A stretch of DNA of 63,877 nucleotides, counting the filler, from Octopus bimaculoides (taxonomy: Eukaryota): NCBI RefSeq assembly GCF_001194135.2. It is 4 parts of 4 records of this genome, joined end to end, with 100 filler letters (N's around TTAATTAATTAA, not from the genome) between each part and the next. Parts side by side here need not be neighbours in the genome. Positions count along the whole stretch, not along the records: positions 37,636 to 57,193 come from NC_068985.1; positions 57,294 to 63,877 come from NC_068988.1; 2 more parts are not named here. The stretch is one strand, 5' to 3'. Below, in pieces: positions 51,230 to 63,877 of the stretch. The notes beneath the pieces are model-generated. The model was not told the origin of the DNA, did no database searches, and was given only the letters and a program-made list of their open reading frames with translations. Every line of letters begins with the position of its first letter. Position 1 is the stretch's first letter. The translations under genes and the position numbers were made by a program.

Positions 51230-51540
51230 AGTAGGAAAGGAAGCTATTCTGTCATGGTTTTCTACAAGAATTAAGATCAGGTTTCTGACAGTTTTAGGAT
51301 AGAGTTAAACAGACGAGAATCTTTGAAGGAAGGCCTGTTCTTATATAATGACATCTTATGGTCATTAACTGATGTGAATTTTACAAGTTGACAATACCTT
51401 CCAGTGGTTTTTGGTTGATTCCATAGCAAATGCCAAATCCTGCTATATTTATATTCAGACATTCTTCCAAATATACATGAAGGTTTCTCAGAAGTAGAAC
51501 CTCAGGAACTGGAGCTGTTCCCAATAATTTAAATCTTTAA
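51230..51540 (-). mobile_element. CR1-like LINE 3' coding remnant
   Basis: MYIWK..NQPKTTGRYC..NRPSFKDSRLFNSI resembles the CR1-group C-terminus (RTGR.C...GPRLFN). Confidence 0.5.
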
Positions 51541-51864
51541 ACCAAACATACATTCATTCTTGATGACAGTATTCAGCAATCAAACCACCGAATATCTCTC
51601 TCCCCCTCTCTCTCTCTCTCTCTCTCTCTGTTTGTCTCTCTCTGTAGGTATTTGTATATATATATATATATATATATATNNNNNNNNNNNNNNNNNNNNN
51701 NNNNNNNNNNNNNNNNNNNNNNNNNNNNNNNNNNNNNNNNTATATAGGGAGAGAGATAAAGAAAGAAAGAGAAAGAGAAACAGGAATACTATAATGGGTA
51801 ACTTTGGAAATATACTTTTGTCACTGTGAATAATATCAGGAAGCATGCCATAGATAGGAAAGCT

Positions 51865-52075
51865 GGTGGACTGGCAGAATGGTTAGCATTCTGGATAAAA
51901 TGCTTAGTGGCATTTCATCCATCATTATGTCCTGAGTTCAAATACCACTGAGGTTGACTTTGCGTTTCATCCTTCAGGGGTTGATTAAATATGTACCATT
52001 TGAACCCTGCGGGTCAATGTAATCAACTGCCCCGCCCCACTGAAATTGCTGGTCTTGTGCCAAAGGTTGGAATCC
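51865..52075 (+). mobile_element. SINE family B
   Basis: CTGGCAGAATGGTTAGC head, GAGTTCAAAT..GAGGTTGACTTTGCGTTTCATCC core. Confidence 0.85.
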
Positions 52076-52406
52076 ATCTGCTATACATAGAACAAATATA
52101 ATCTAACTTTTCTGAAATTTCTTGGTCATTATACAACAAGGAAGAGAAATTGATAATTTTCAACAAAAAAAATATTTATTAACTTTAAAATTATGTAAAA
52201 CAAATTTCTCATTTGTATAACTCCTGCCATTGATACTATCATTCCTCCTCCCCCTTATCCTCCACTGTCTCTATCATTCTTTCTCCCTCATTCTGTGTAT
52301 GTTCATGTAGATGTGTGTCGTGTGTGTACTTTATTCATTGCCTGCCACCAAACATTGTACATGCTCCCATCCTGCACTTATATTAACTGTCTCTGTATCT
52401 CTCCTT

Positions 52407-52446
<40 letters not shown>

Positions 52447-52549
52447 TTCCTCTCTCTTCCCTCTCGCCAGCTGGTGTAAAACATAACTGGAAAGAAACAA
52501 CTATCCAACAATTCTATTGGATATACTATGTGTGTTTGTGTGTGTATGT

Positions 52550-52712
52550 GTGTGTGTGGCAAGAAGTTTGCTTCCAAACCACATGGTTCCAGGTTTAGTC
52601 CCACTGGGCAAGTATTTTCTATTATAGCCTTGGGCTGACCAAAACCTTGTGACTGAATTTGATAGATGGAAACTGAAAAAAGCCCAAAATATAAATATAT
52701 ATAGGTGTGCAT

Positions 52713-52748
<36 letters not shown>

Positions 52749-52965
52749 ATGGTTATGTCAGTGTTTGTCCCACTTGATAACCATTATTGGTGTGTTTACA
52801 TCCCAGTAACCTAGCAGTTTGGCAAAAGAGACTGATAGCAAATGTACCAGGCTGAAAAAAGAAAGAAAAAAAGGTACTGGGATTGATTCATGTAACTAAA
52901 ATTCTTCAAGACAGTGCCCCAGCGTGGCCACAATCTGATGACTGAAACAAGCAAACGATAAAAGA
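52550..52965 (+). mobile_element. SINE family A, full length
   Basis: AAACCACATGGTTCC..AGCCTTGGGCTGACC..GATGGAAACTG, internal (TG)n, CAGTGCCCCAGCGTGGCC tail. Confidence 0.85.
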
Positions 52966-53639
52966 CTAGTATGTAGTTTAAGAGAGATTTAGCTGCTATT
53001 TCTAAAAGACTGAGCCACCAGGCAGAAGCACTCCCTGTTTTTGGCTTTGAATCTATCATTATTCTAGAACCTCAACCTGTCCCTTTAAAGATGGCTTAAA
53101 CACACCACGACCAACAAATTTTATTTCATGGTATTTTTAATCATGTAACATAGCTTTACGAATCACACAAATCTCTTCCCTTAATGCTATTGATCTGTAG
53201 ATTCTAACATATTTCTTCCTTCATACATTGGATAACATTTGCAAACTAAAGCTATTAATAATGTAGAGCAATCTGCCGCTGTTCAGCATCATGAAATGCA
53301 GATCTATTTTTCTTTGCCATAGTTCAAAATTCAGTTCTCTTGCTAAATATATCTCTATCAATTTTAACCATAACCTCGTGCATATTCATACACGCTCCTC
53401 TTCCTAGATGGAAAATCAGGTTTAAAGCCATCCATATATTTTAGCTTCATTTACTAATTTACTTACGCAGCAGATTCACAAAATGGGATAAATGCTCAGT
53501 TCAAGTTTCCAGGTGTGTTCTCCTGTGATGCTAATAGTTGAGGGTTCAAATTCTGACTAGGGATGAATTTCTTTGTTTCTTTGATTTTTGTTAATCACAC
53601 TCAACGTGGATTTGAAAGATTTTTTTTTTTTTTTGCATT

Positions 53640-54030
53640 CTGCTTGTTTCAGTCAATGGGCTGTGGCCATGCTGGAGCAATTGCTTGTAAGGTTTAGTTT
53701 AACGAATTGACCCCAGTGCGTACTGTGTGTTTGTAAGCCTGGTACTTATTCTATCGGTCTCTTTTCCCAAACTGCTAAGTTACAGGGGTGCAAATGCACC
53801 GACACCAGTTGTCAAGTGTTGTGGAGCACAAATGCAGACACAAAAACATACACACACGCATGAACACACATGCACACACACTACATACACATACACACAC
53901 CTGCACCTATATCTAAAGTGGGGCTTCACCACAGTCTCCATCAGCCAGATTTAATCACAAGGCATCGTTTGACCCACGTCTAGGGTAGAAGAATAGAAGA
54001 CAATTGCTGATGGTGCGACGCATCATCGGA
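53640..54030 (-). mobile_element. SINE family A, degraded
   Basis: CTTGTTTCAGTCA..TGGCCATGCTGGAGCA tail, GTACTTATTCTATCGGTCTC, internal CA repeat. Confidence 0.75.
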
Positions 54031-55452
54031 ACAACTGACCTCTTTGATGGTACATACTTGTTCTTATCCATCCCAAGCAATGATACCCAGCCTTGGTAGA
54101 AGTGTTGATGAGAATGTTCCACCAATAATACTCACACTGATGCTTATGAATTCATTCAATAGCAATGCTATTCTCCATATCTCTATCTCAGAACAGTCTT
54201 TTATTGCATTCTATATTCTTTACTGACAATACCATTTCACATTGGGAATACTGTTTTGACAGTGTTCCTGCCTCCAAAATGTTCAAGTGACTGGAAAAAT
54301 TGAAAAGTTGATAGTTGTAAGTTTTTGTGATTAGAGAGGTTAATGTAGAGCTTCCCATTCTAATGAATTTTATTCTTTTCTTGGGTTGCCTAAGTATTTG
54401 TACCGTTTTTTTTCTTTTTGTGTTAGACGAGGGAGTCAGTGAGACCATTGCTTCTTGAGTTTTGGGTCTGGGTACTCATCATCCATGTTCAGCAATCAAA
54501 TACAAACATTTCTTTTGGCAAATAACTTCTTTGAGGTTCAACCAATCAAATCCACCCTCAAGGCTTTGATCAACCCAGAATCATTCCAGAAGTCTGGGAA
54601 GTGAACTTCTTAACTACCAATTGCCATGGGTTGTATAAAATCTGTAAAGGAATAAAATAAAAGACTTCTAGCTTTTCACTACTTCCCTGATCTTTGAGAA
54701 GTTACAGTCATAAACTATTGAAACTGTCTGTAAAATTACATTGATGTAAAGAAAAGAGAAAAACAAATCAAAACAGAATGAAGTTGTTTAGCTTCCTTAC
54801 ATAACATAACACAACGATTCTACTATTTCTCCCCTTAAAACAGTCTCTGCTACTTGAATTTCATAACCGTAGCATTGCAAAGCTTTCATGTCATAAGCAG
54901 ACAGACCTTAACAGAAATGCAAAATAACATATACGAGATTAGAAAATATCAGTAAATATATATAGTTTTATGTTGATGTTTCCGTTATATGCATATACAT
55001 AAATATATATATATGCATATATATATATAAATGTATACACACACAGATATATGTATATATATAGATAGATAGATACATACATTGACACAGACATGCACAC
55101 GCATATATGCCCTCTGCCCTTTTAAATCTTGGTGAGGAAATAGCATTACTTATCAAGAACACAACAACTATAAACAAACACACATACATAAACTCTAAGG
55201 TAGCAACACACACACACACATATCAACGAACATACACATACATGTACACACTTGAACTTTACATAATTCATACACAAACCACATTCAAATACAGTCGCAT
55301 GCATATTTGTGTGTGAGTGTAAATTAAATGCAGGCAGACTCATGTGCACATGCACACACACACACACAACTCTTTTCACATAAACACAAAAATACATCGA
55401 CAAACATCTCTGCCCATTTCACACTTGCTCTGGCTCCCAGTTTTCTTTTCTC

Positions 55453-55455
<3 letters not shown>

Positions 55456-55509
<54 letters not shown>

Positions 55510-55850
55510 GTATGTATGTTTATATGAATACATATGTATATTTATGTGTATACATATGTATATTTATATATATATATGTATATATATATGTGTGTATATA
55601 TATATATGTGTATATATATATGTATATATATATGTGTGTATATGTATATATATATCTGTATATGTATATATATATATATGTGTATATGTATATATATGTG
55701 TATATGTATATATATGTGTGTATATGTATATATATGTGTATATATATGTATATATATATATGTGTGTATATATATATGTGTGTGTAGTATATATATGTGT
55801 GTGTGTGTATATATATATATTTATATGTATATATGTTATCTGTGTATATA
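55456..55850. repeat. (CA)n then (TA/TG)n compound tract
   Basis: Direct reading. Confidence 0.95.
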
Positions 55851-56419
55851 TAAGGTAATAGATTGTAGGACTTGAGAAGAGAAAGAGAGAGAGAGAGAGA
55901 GAGAAGGGCAGACAAAATGAAAAGTGACTTTCATCTTTCAATAAAGATTTCGTAGACTCCCTTGAGATGAGAATGAATTTGAATCCCACAAAAACTGCAA
56001 CAACAACAACAACAACAACAGAAGACGAAAGCAAGCAACTGTAGGACCACTAATAGCAAAACTACATCACGACACCGGCCACCCATTCCTCCTACAAACA
56101 TAAACATTGATACCACATCAATAACAACCACATCATATACAAGTGTTCTATCGCTATCAATAAAATTGTTTACACAGCACTTTTATTCAACACTGCAGCA
56201 TCTTCTTTTTTATTTTAAAATACACGGCATCGGACTAAAAGAAATGAATTGAATTGTTAAAAATCCGAACGGAAGTATTTCCAAAGGTAAAAAAAAAAAA
56301 AACAGAAGAAATTGAGAGCATAAAATAAACATTTAAAAATCAATATATATGCACAAAAATAACAACACTCTCAGACATACACTGATGCACACATACTCAC
56401 AGAGATACACAACTATGCA

Positions 56420-57193
<774 letters not shown>

Positions 57194-57293
57194 NNNNNNN
57201 NNNNNNNNNNNNNNNNNNNNNNNNNNNNNNNNNNNNNTTAATTAATTAANNNNNNNNNNNNNNNNNNNNNNNNNNNNNNNNNNNNNNNNNNNN
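57194..57293. other. Artificial 100-nt scaffold join (44N-TTAATTAATTAA-44N)
   Basis: As at 21862. Confidence 0.92.
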
Positions 57294-57310
57294 ATATATA
57301 TATATATATA

Positions 57311-58880
57311 CTAGCAGAGACACCCGACATTGCCCGGGAATGGAATTTTTGCTTATATATTGGGAGAAAAAAGCAAAATGTATAGAAATTTGTTATTCTA
57401 AATTCAGTTTATTCTTCAAATAGAATACAATCTGTTGTTTAACTGGGAAATCAATTCTGAATTCATAAGGCAAAATAATAATAATAATGATAATAATAAA
57501 CGAAAATACAAAATTTACCACTTTTATGAAAGGAGATAAATTCTACCACATATGTTGAAGGAAATTACGTAAGAGCTTCAGGATAAACAACATTCTTTGT
57601 TTTCTGGTTTGGAGCATAGACAAATAAGTCTTGCAAACTACCTAACCTGGAGCAACCAACATAAAGGTGACCATGAGAAAAGAAAGCCAGTAGATTTCAA
57701 AGACTGACCTTGAGCTTTATTAATAGATATTGCAAAGCAAAGTCGCACAGGGAATTGTGTTCATTTGAACTCAAATGGCATGTCTGTTGGTTTGATTGGA
57801 ATTCTTGGAATGAATGCCTCTTTCTTAGAGGCATATCTATTGATGATGGTAGCTTCTGTCACATTAAGTGGTAATGTCTTCACAATCAACCTTGTCCCAT
57901 TGCATAATTTAGGCGGATCTAAATTTCTTAGAAACATTATTGGGACTCCTACCTTCAGAAAAAGTTTATGCGGAGGAGTTTCATGGGGCTCAAGAAAATT
58001 AAGGAACTCTGTTGGATAATGAGCAGCTTAATTTTCATCAAAGACTGAATCAACTGATTAGTACTTCTTAATGATTGCTGGAATCTTATTCATTAATTCA
58101 TGCTTAATTCTTGCTACTGTCTCTTTTTTTTGTTTGTTTTTTTTTTAGCAAGAATTGCCCTTTCACTCAACAATTTATGTAAATTATAATTATTACTTAA
58201 GTCTGGAAATACCGTTCTTCAATTCAGTTGGGGAAATTCACCATGATAGCAAGATGAGCCAAACTGATATCACCGCTCCCATCAAATGGTACTTTCTCAT
58301 TTCCTAATCGGAGGAGCCAGGTTGAAAACTGCTCTGCACATTGGTCTCCATGTAATAAGGCTCGCATGTTACTATTGAAGGAGAATTTCTGTACTTTATT
58401 CCATAGGTGTGAAGACTTAATGCATGCTTTTATCTCATCAGATCTTGTTCGTCTCGGAATGACTGGTAATGTCTGTCTGAAGTCTCCTGATAAAACTAAT
58501 GTAATTGCTCCCATAGAGTTATTATTGCCTCTGATGTCCTGTGACGTCTTACCAAGAGCTTTCATTGCACCTCTATGTGACATGGTGCATTCATCCCAAA
58601 TGATAAGGTGGCATTGGCACGACACTTCTGCTGAACCTTAATCTTTGCTTATGTTACAAATTGGACTGTCATTCGTGACCAGGTTTAGTGGTAATTTAAA
58701 AGCAGAATGAGTTGCTCATCCTCCTGGGAGAATGGTGGTAGCAAAGCCAGACAATGGTACAGCAGCTGCAATTATTTTTTGTTGCCTTACCTTGGAGACA
58801 AGCAATGTTGCAAATGTTTTGTCTGTGCCACCTGAAAATCAAGAAAGAAAATTCCTCTACTTTTTTCTGGCGATTGAGCA
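57311..58880 (-). mobile_element. Helitron 3' part: PIF1-like helicase pseudogene and intact 3' terminus
   Basis: GIFFLD..GGTDKTF, THSAFKLPL, LIIWDECTMSH, LSGDFRQTLPVIPR, LSERAILA, LKVGVPIMFLRNLDPPKLCNGTRL, QFPVRLCFAISINKAQGQSL, FSHGHLYVGCSR; hairpin CCCGG-GCAATG-TCGGG 8 nt before CTAG, followed by T. Confidence 0.95.
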
Positions 58881-58916
58881 ACGCTGCACGCACACGCGCG
58901 CACATACACACGCACG

Positions 58917-59011
<95 letters not shown>

Positions 59012-59079
59012 ACGCGCAAGCGCACATGCACACACACAAATACATATACATACAGTATCAAACATCAGATGAAATAGAC

Positions 59080-59174
59080 GTGTGTTTGTGTGTCTGTGAG
59101 ACAGAGAGAGCGAAGGGATGTGTTGTCATGTATACGTCCATACATAAATAAGGCATACATCTTCCTTGTATTTA

Positions 59175-59205
<31 letters not shown>

Positions 59206-59358
59206 GAAAGAGTCATTTAGACTTCTCTTTCTCACACCACACACACACACGCGCACACATACATAGAAAAAAGATGTATGCATATGTATTTATGTATGCA
59301 CGTATACATGATAAAAACGCCCCTTCACTCACACACATACAGACACAGACAGACACAC
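59080..59358. repeat. ~280-bp imperfect palindrome with a 5-nt loop
   Basis: Centre AGTC-ATTTA-GACT (59211-59223); 59126-59150 matches the reverse complement of 59287-59311 at 24/25; further paired blocks on both sides. Confidence 0.85.
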
Positions 59359-59392
59359 ATACATAAATGTATACAAATGTACATACAAAAAA

Positions 59393-59429
<37 letters not shown>

Positions 59430-60135
59430 CTGACTAGAAATATATAGAGCTGAACATAGCGTGCAAAAAGAAAGTAAATAAAAAATTTTACGAAGTGTGC
59501 AAGTTCAGTACTTGTGTGTGTGCGTGCGTGCGAGCGTGCGTGCGTGCGTGCGTGCGTATGAGANNNNNNNNNNNNNNNNNNNNNNNNNNNNNNNNNNNNN
59601 NNNNNNNNNNNNNNNNNNNNNNNNNNNNNNNNNNNNNNNNNNNNNNNNNNNNNNNNNNNNNNNNNNNNNNNNNNNNNNNNNNNNNNNNNNNNNNNNNNNN
59701 NNNNNNNNNNNNNNNNNNNNNNNNNNNNNNNNNNNNNNNNNNNNNNNNNNNNNNNNNNNNNNNNNNNNNNNNNNNNNNNNNNNNNNNNNNNNNNNNNNNN
59801 NNNNNNNNNNNNNNNNNNNNNNNNNNNNNNNNNNNNNNNNNNNNNNNNNNNNNNNNNNNNNNNNNNNNNNNNNNNNNNNNNNNNNNNNNNNNNNNNNNNN
59901 NNNNNNNNNNNNNNNNNNNNNNNNNNNNNNNNNNNNNNNNNNNNNNNNNNNNNNNNNNNNNNNNNNNNNNNNNNNNNNNNNNNNNNNNNNNNNNNNNNNN
60001 NNNNNNNNNNNNNNNNNNNNNNNNNNNNNNNNNNNNNNNNNNNNNNNNNNNNNNNNNNNNNNNNNNNNNNNNNNNNNNNNNNNNNNNNNNNNNNNNNNNN
60101 NNNNNNNNNNNNNNNNNNNNNNNNNNNNNNNNNNN

Positions 60136-61113
60136 TACAGCAAGAATTTACAAAAATACAAAAGACGAAGACGGGTGTGTAAACAACAAATAGATGTATT
60201 AGTTTAACACTCGGGAAGTGAGAAAGTCTTTTACGTTTCGAGCCTACGTTCTTCGACAGAAAGGAACACAGAAATAAACAGGGAGAGCAAGAAGAAAAAG
60301 GTTTAGTGTAGGTGCTAGGAAGTGGTCAGTGCTAGTGTGTGCGGGGTGGTGTGATGTGGTGTGGTATGGTGGTGTGTGGTGTGGTGATGTGGTGTGGTGA
60401 TGTGATGTGGTGTGTTGGAGTGTTTGGGTGTTCGGGTGGTGAGAGTGGGAAAGCAAGGGTGGGGTCTAAGGGATGGGGTGGAGATGGGATGGGATTATAG
60501 GGATGATGGGGTTGGAATGTGTAGGGGTTGGGTAATGAGGGAGAGGGTGACGATGAAGGGAGAGGGTGGAAGGGAGAAGGTGGGTAGGAATGAAGAGAGG
60601 AAGTAGGTGCCAGAGCAAGAGAGGTAAGATAGGTGGAAGGAAGTAGGTGTGAGAGGAAGAGAGGAGAGAGGAGGAGGGTTAGATGAAGAGGGGAGGAGAG
60701 TTGAACCCATGTGGCGCAATGGAGCGAAGAGAGAAGATTAATCCCTGCTCACGGCGAAGACGGGAGTCCGGATGGCCCCTGTGCAAGGACAATCCGAATA
60801 CAAACAGGTGTTGTAAAGAGTGACCGGTAGAGTGAAAATGGTGCAAGACCGGGGTGTTGTTGCCGAGTCGGATGTCTCGTAGGTGTTCCGCGAACCGGTC
60901 AAGCCAAGCAGCTGACACCGATGTATAGAGAAGGACAGGCAGAGCAGGAGATGCAGTAGATGACGTTGTTAGAAGTGCAGGTGAAGGAGTCAGTGATATT
61001 ATAGGGTCGATGATGTGTGCCTGTGAGGAGGGTGGCGTTGGAGAGGTAAGAGCAAGTGCGGCAGCGTGGGCGGGAAAGGGGAACGAGCCGGGTTGGGTGG
61101 TGGGGTTATTTGC
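60136..61113 (-). mobile_element. Penelope-like element 3' part: GIY-YIG endonuclease, pyrimidine-rich UTR, terminal repeat
   Basis: CRTCSY..FTCTSNNVIYCISCSACP..YIG (frameshifted), DRFAEHLRDIR..HHFHSTGHS..EQGLIFSLRSIAPHGFN; terminal GAAGAACGTAGGCTCGAAACGT. Confidence 0.9.
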
Positions 61114-61118
61114 ATATA

Positions 61119-61340
61119 TACAGGATGCGTAAGATATTTGAGGACATATATATATAATAACAGATAATAACTTCATCAAAAAATACTATGAGGATAAAAA
61201 TAAACCTTCTTTTCTATAATGTTATTCAATAAACCCACCTTCAGCTTCAAAAACTGCTTCTAATGAGATCTAAATCCTCTACATGCTCGATTCAAGTGGT
61301 CCTGGTTCATTTTGGACATTACTCTAATTATGGCAGCTTT
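61119..61340 (-). mobile_element. Tc1/mariner (DD37D/maT-like) 3' end with TIR
   Basis: MSKMNQDHLNRACRGFRS..EAVFEAEGGFIE*, then a TIR-like end TA-CAGGATGC. Confidence 0.65.
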
Positions 61341-61372
61341 CAAAGAATATAACATACAAACACATACGCGCG

Positions 61373-61422
<50 letters not shown>

Positions 61423-62093
61423 AAGTAACAGAGCAAACGAGTTAAATACGCAAACGAGAGAAAAATGGAAGACAGGACAAGTAAGATAAAAAGTGACTCT
61501 TCATCAGTATCTACTCCTCAATTCCAGCATTCAGCGACAATATGAGTCTTCGAAGAGTTGCTTCCATAAATTCCAAAATAAAATTTGGGAATTTATGGAG
61601 GGTAAAAGTTGGGAACAAAAACAGGACAGTTGTGATATACAAGGAAACCGAACGTAAACAAACATAGAGGGTCGTTAGACCAGGACGAGAGAAAAATAGT
61701 GAACGCTGGGAGAAATATTTTCTTTGAAAAGAGAAAAGATAGAAGAGAGAGATAAAATGCATCCAGTCCTCAGAACGGCATGCAGGAAAAGAAAGATGGT
61801 CACATGAGGAAAAGAAAGATGGACGATGTTAGCTTTGTTATATCTTGTTGTGTATCAATAAACAAGCTTTAAATGTGGTCCTATCGATGTATTGGTTAAC
61901 CTATGTTTTTCTCCATTTTCTAATTATTTGCATTGGTTCCTGATAAACTTTTGTTTATCCTATTGTCACCTGCGCTCGACGTATATGATGTCCCTGCACA
62001 CCATTGTTCGGGGATAACACAGATAACGGATACTGATAGTATATACGGATATTTTATCCCTTAGTTGGTTACTACAACCGCTCTCTCTCTCTC

Positions 62094-62136
<43 letters not shown>

Positions 62137-62139
62137 TGA

Positions 62140-63877
62140 CTGAAACCGGTACTGAAATGTTTTTTATAAAATTATTTTAGCATTTTCTACCTTGACTTTT
62201 TTCCATATATATATATTGCTCGCACTAAACAACGTAAACTCCACTCACACCTCCATTCTGTCACACCCGGTACCACTAGCCCCACCCTCCTCCCTCTCCA
62301 ATACACTTCCCCTCGTCCTCAGCCGAACCCTTCCGTTACTTCGACCTCCCCGCGCACTTACTCCTCCTAGCCTTCTACTACCCCTACCACCCTTCCGACT
62401 TCTAACTCATCCACTCCCTCCCTACTTCAGTCTGCTGTTACCATCCCTCCTGATCTTCCCCTCTCTGAGGTAGAACGCTCTCTTCTCAGTAAGCGTTTGC
62501 GCTTCATCCCTCTCACTCCATGCAGTAACGAAGTTCAGACCCGTGCTGATATTCATAGCTTTGTGCCCCGCGTCAGGCTATATGCATTATTCCACAGCAC
62601 TCCACCTGCATCCAATGAAGTGGATTGGTTCATCGACCTGAGACGTCGACCATCCCACTGGACGCCAGTCCTTGGTCAATTCCAAGCAGTTGATCATTTT
62701 ACAAGCATTTTCCAACGTGTTGTGGACCGGGTTAACTTTCGCAAGCGTCCCCGACATCCTAACATCTTCCCGGCTTAACTCTCGGCCCTTCGATGTCTCC
62801 AATGCCGCAATGACATCATCATAAAACCGGTTGACAAGTTTGGAGCCGTGTTAGTGTGGTGCGCAGACCTCTACAAGGCTGAAGCTCTCTGCCAACCTCA
62901 AAGCATCTCCTATTACCCTCTGCCCTCCAGCCCCACACCTAGCTACCAACAGACTATCCTCCACTATCCATGGCCTCATCTCCTCTGCACTCCTTGCACC
63001 CCCACCATTTACTTCCTTCTCAAAATCCACAAACCCAACAACTCTGGCCGCCCCATCGTTTCCGCCTGTAACTGCCCCACGGAACTGATCTCAACCATGT
63101 CCTTGCACTCCTAGTAACTTCCGTCCTGTCCTACATCCACAACACTAACCATGATCTCCGTCTCTTCAACTCTTTCTCCTTCCCTCCTGGTCCCTCTAAA
63201 CCTCTCTTCATTCTTGATATCAAGAGTCTATATACGGTGATCCCACACAACGAAGGATTTCTTGCACTCAAAAACTTCCTAGACCTTCGACCAAACCCCC
63301 AACCTGACACCTCTACACTTCTTCATCTGGCCGAACTTGTTCGCTCCCTCAACTGCTTCTCGTTCGCGGGGGATTTTAACCAACACTTCTCAGGAGTGGC
63401 CATGGGAACGAGAACAGGCCCCAACTATACGAACCTGTTCATTGGCTACGTTGCAGCCCAAATATTCTCATGATTCACTGGTCCCACTCTCAAACTATAC
63501 GGTCGTTATATTGATGACTGTATCAGTGCGACCTCACTCTCTTTTGTCCAATCCTTCCAATATGCCCTCAAATTCTCCTGCACTATTTCCAACACGTACG
63601 TTACATTTCTCGACATTTCAATCAACATACACAACTCCACTCTCACTACCTCCATCCACTACAAACACACCGACTCACACTCATACCTAAACTTCAACTC
63701 TCACCCTATCCACAACCAAGCTCTCCATCCCCTACTCCCAATTCCTCCGTCTGCACAAGCTCTGCAGTGACAACCATGACTTTGAGGCTCAGTCTCAACT
63801 CGTGACTCGCCGCTTCATCCTTCGTGGATATCTCATCACTACTATCCACACAACCCTCTCCAGAGCACTTTTGTGGA
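62140..63877 (+). mobile_element. Penelope-like element: leader and reverse transcriptase pseudogene, continuing past the window
   Basis: VTIPPDLPLSEVERSLLSK.LRFIP, IIIKPVDK.GAV, LKIHKP..GRPIVSACNCPTELIS, LDIKSLYTVIPHNEG, GVAMGT..GPNYTNLF, GRYIDD, FLDI, HYKHTDSHSYL; stops and frameshifts. Confidence 0.93.

Overview
AT-rich animal DNA, about 64 kb, with many N-gaps and very dense (CA/TG/TA/GA)n and trinucleotide microsatellites. The SINE, LINE and microsatellite make-up points to a coleoid cephalopod draft assembly, probably Octopus (inference, no search run). I found no host protein-coding gene I can support; almost every listed ORF is microsatellite read-through, gap read-through or a transposon fragment. 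The supportable content is mobile DNA: several fragments of restriction-like-endonuclease (R4/Dong-type) LINEs, RTE, CR1-like and Tx1/L1-like LINE pieces, two Penelope-like elements plus a solo terminal repeat with a minimal hammerhead-like fold, several mariner/Tc1 relics and MITEs, hAT MITEs, the 3' part of a Helitron with an intact terminus, and many copies of two tRNA-derived SINE families. Three identical 44N-TTAATTAATTAA-44N blocks are artificial scaffold joins, so the window is four pieces of uncertain adjacency. The best leads are a ~280-bp diverged palindrome (59080-59358), a fold-back inversion (6241-6369), the hammerhead-like motif (33637-33678) and an uninterrupted RTE endonuclease ORF cut by a join (37636-38016). 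All translations, counts and boundaries were done by eye; boundaries of degraded elements are approximate.
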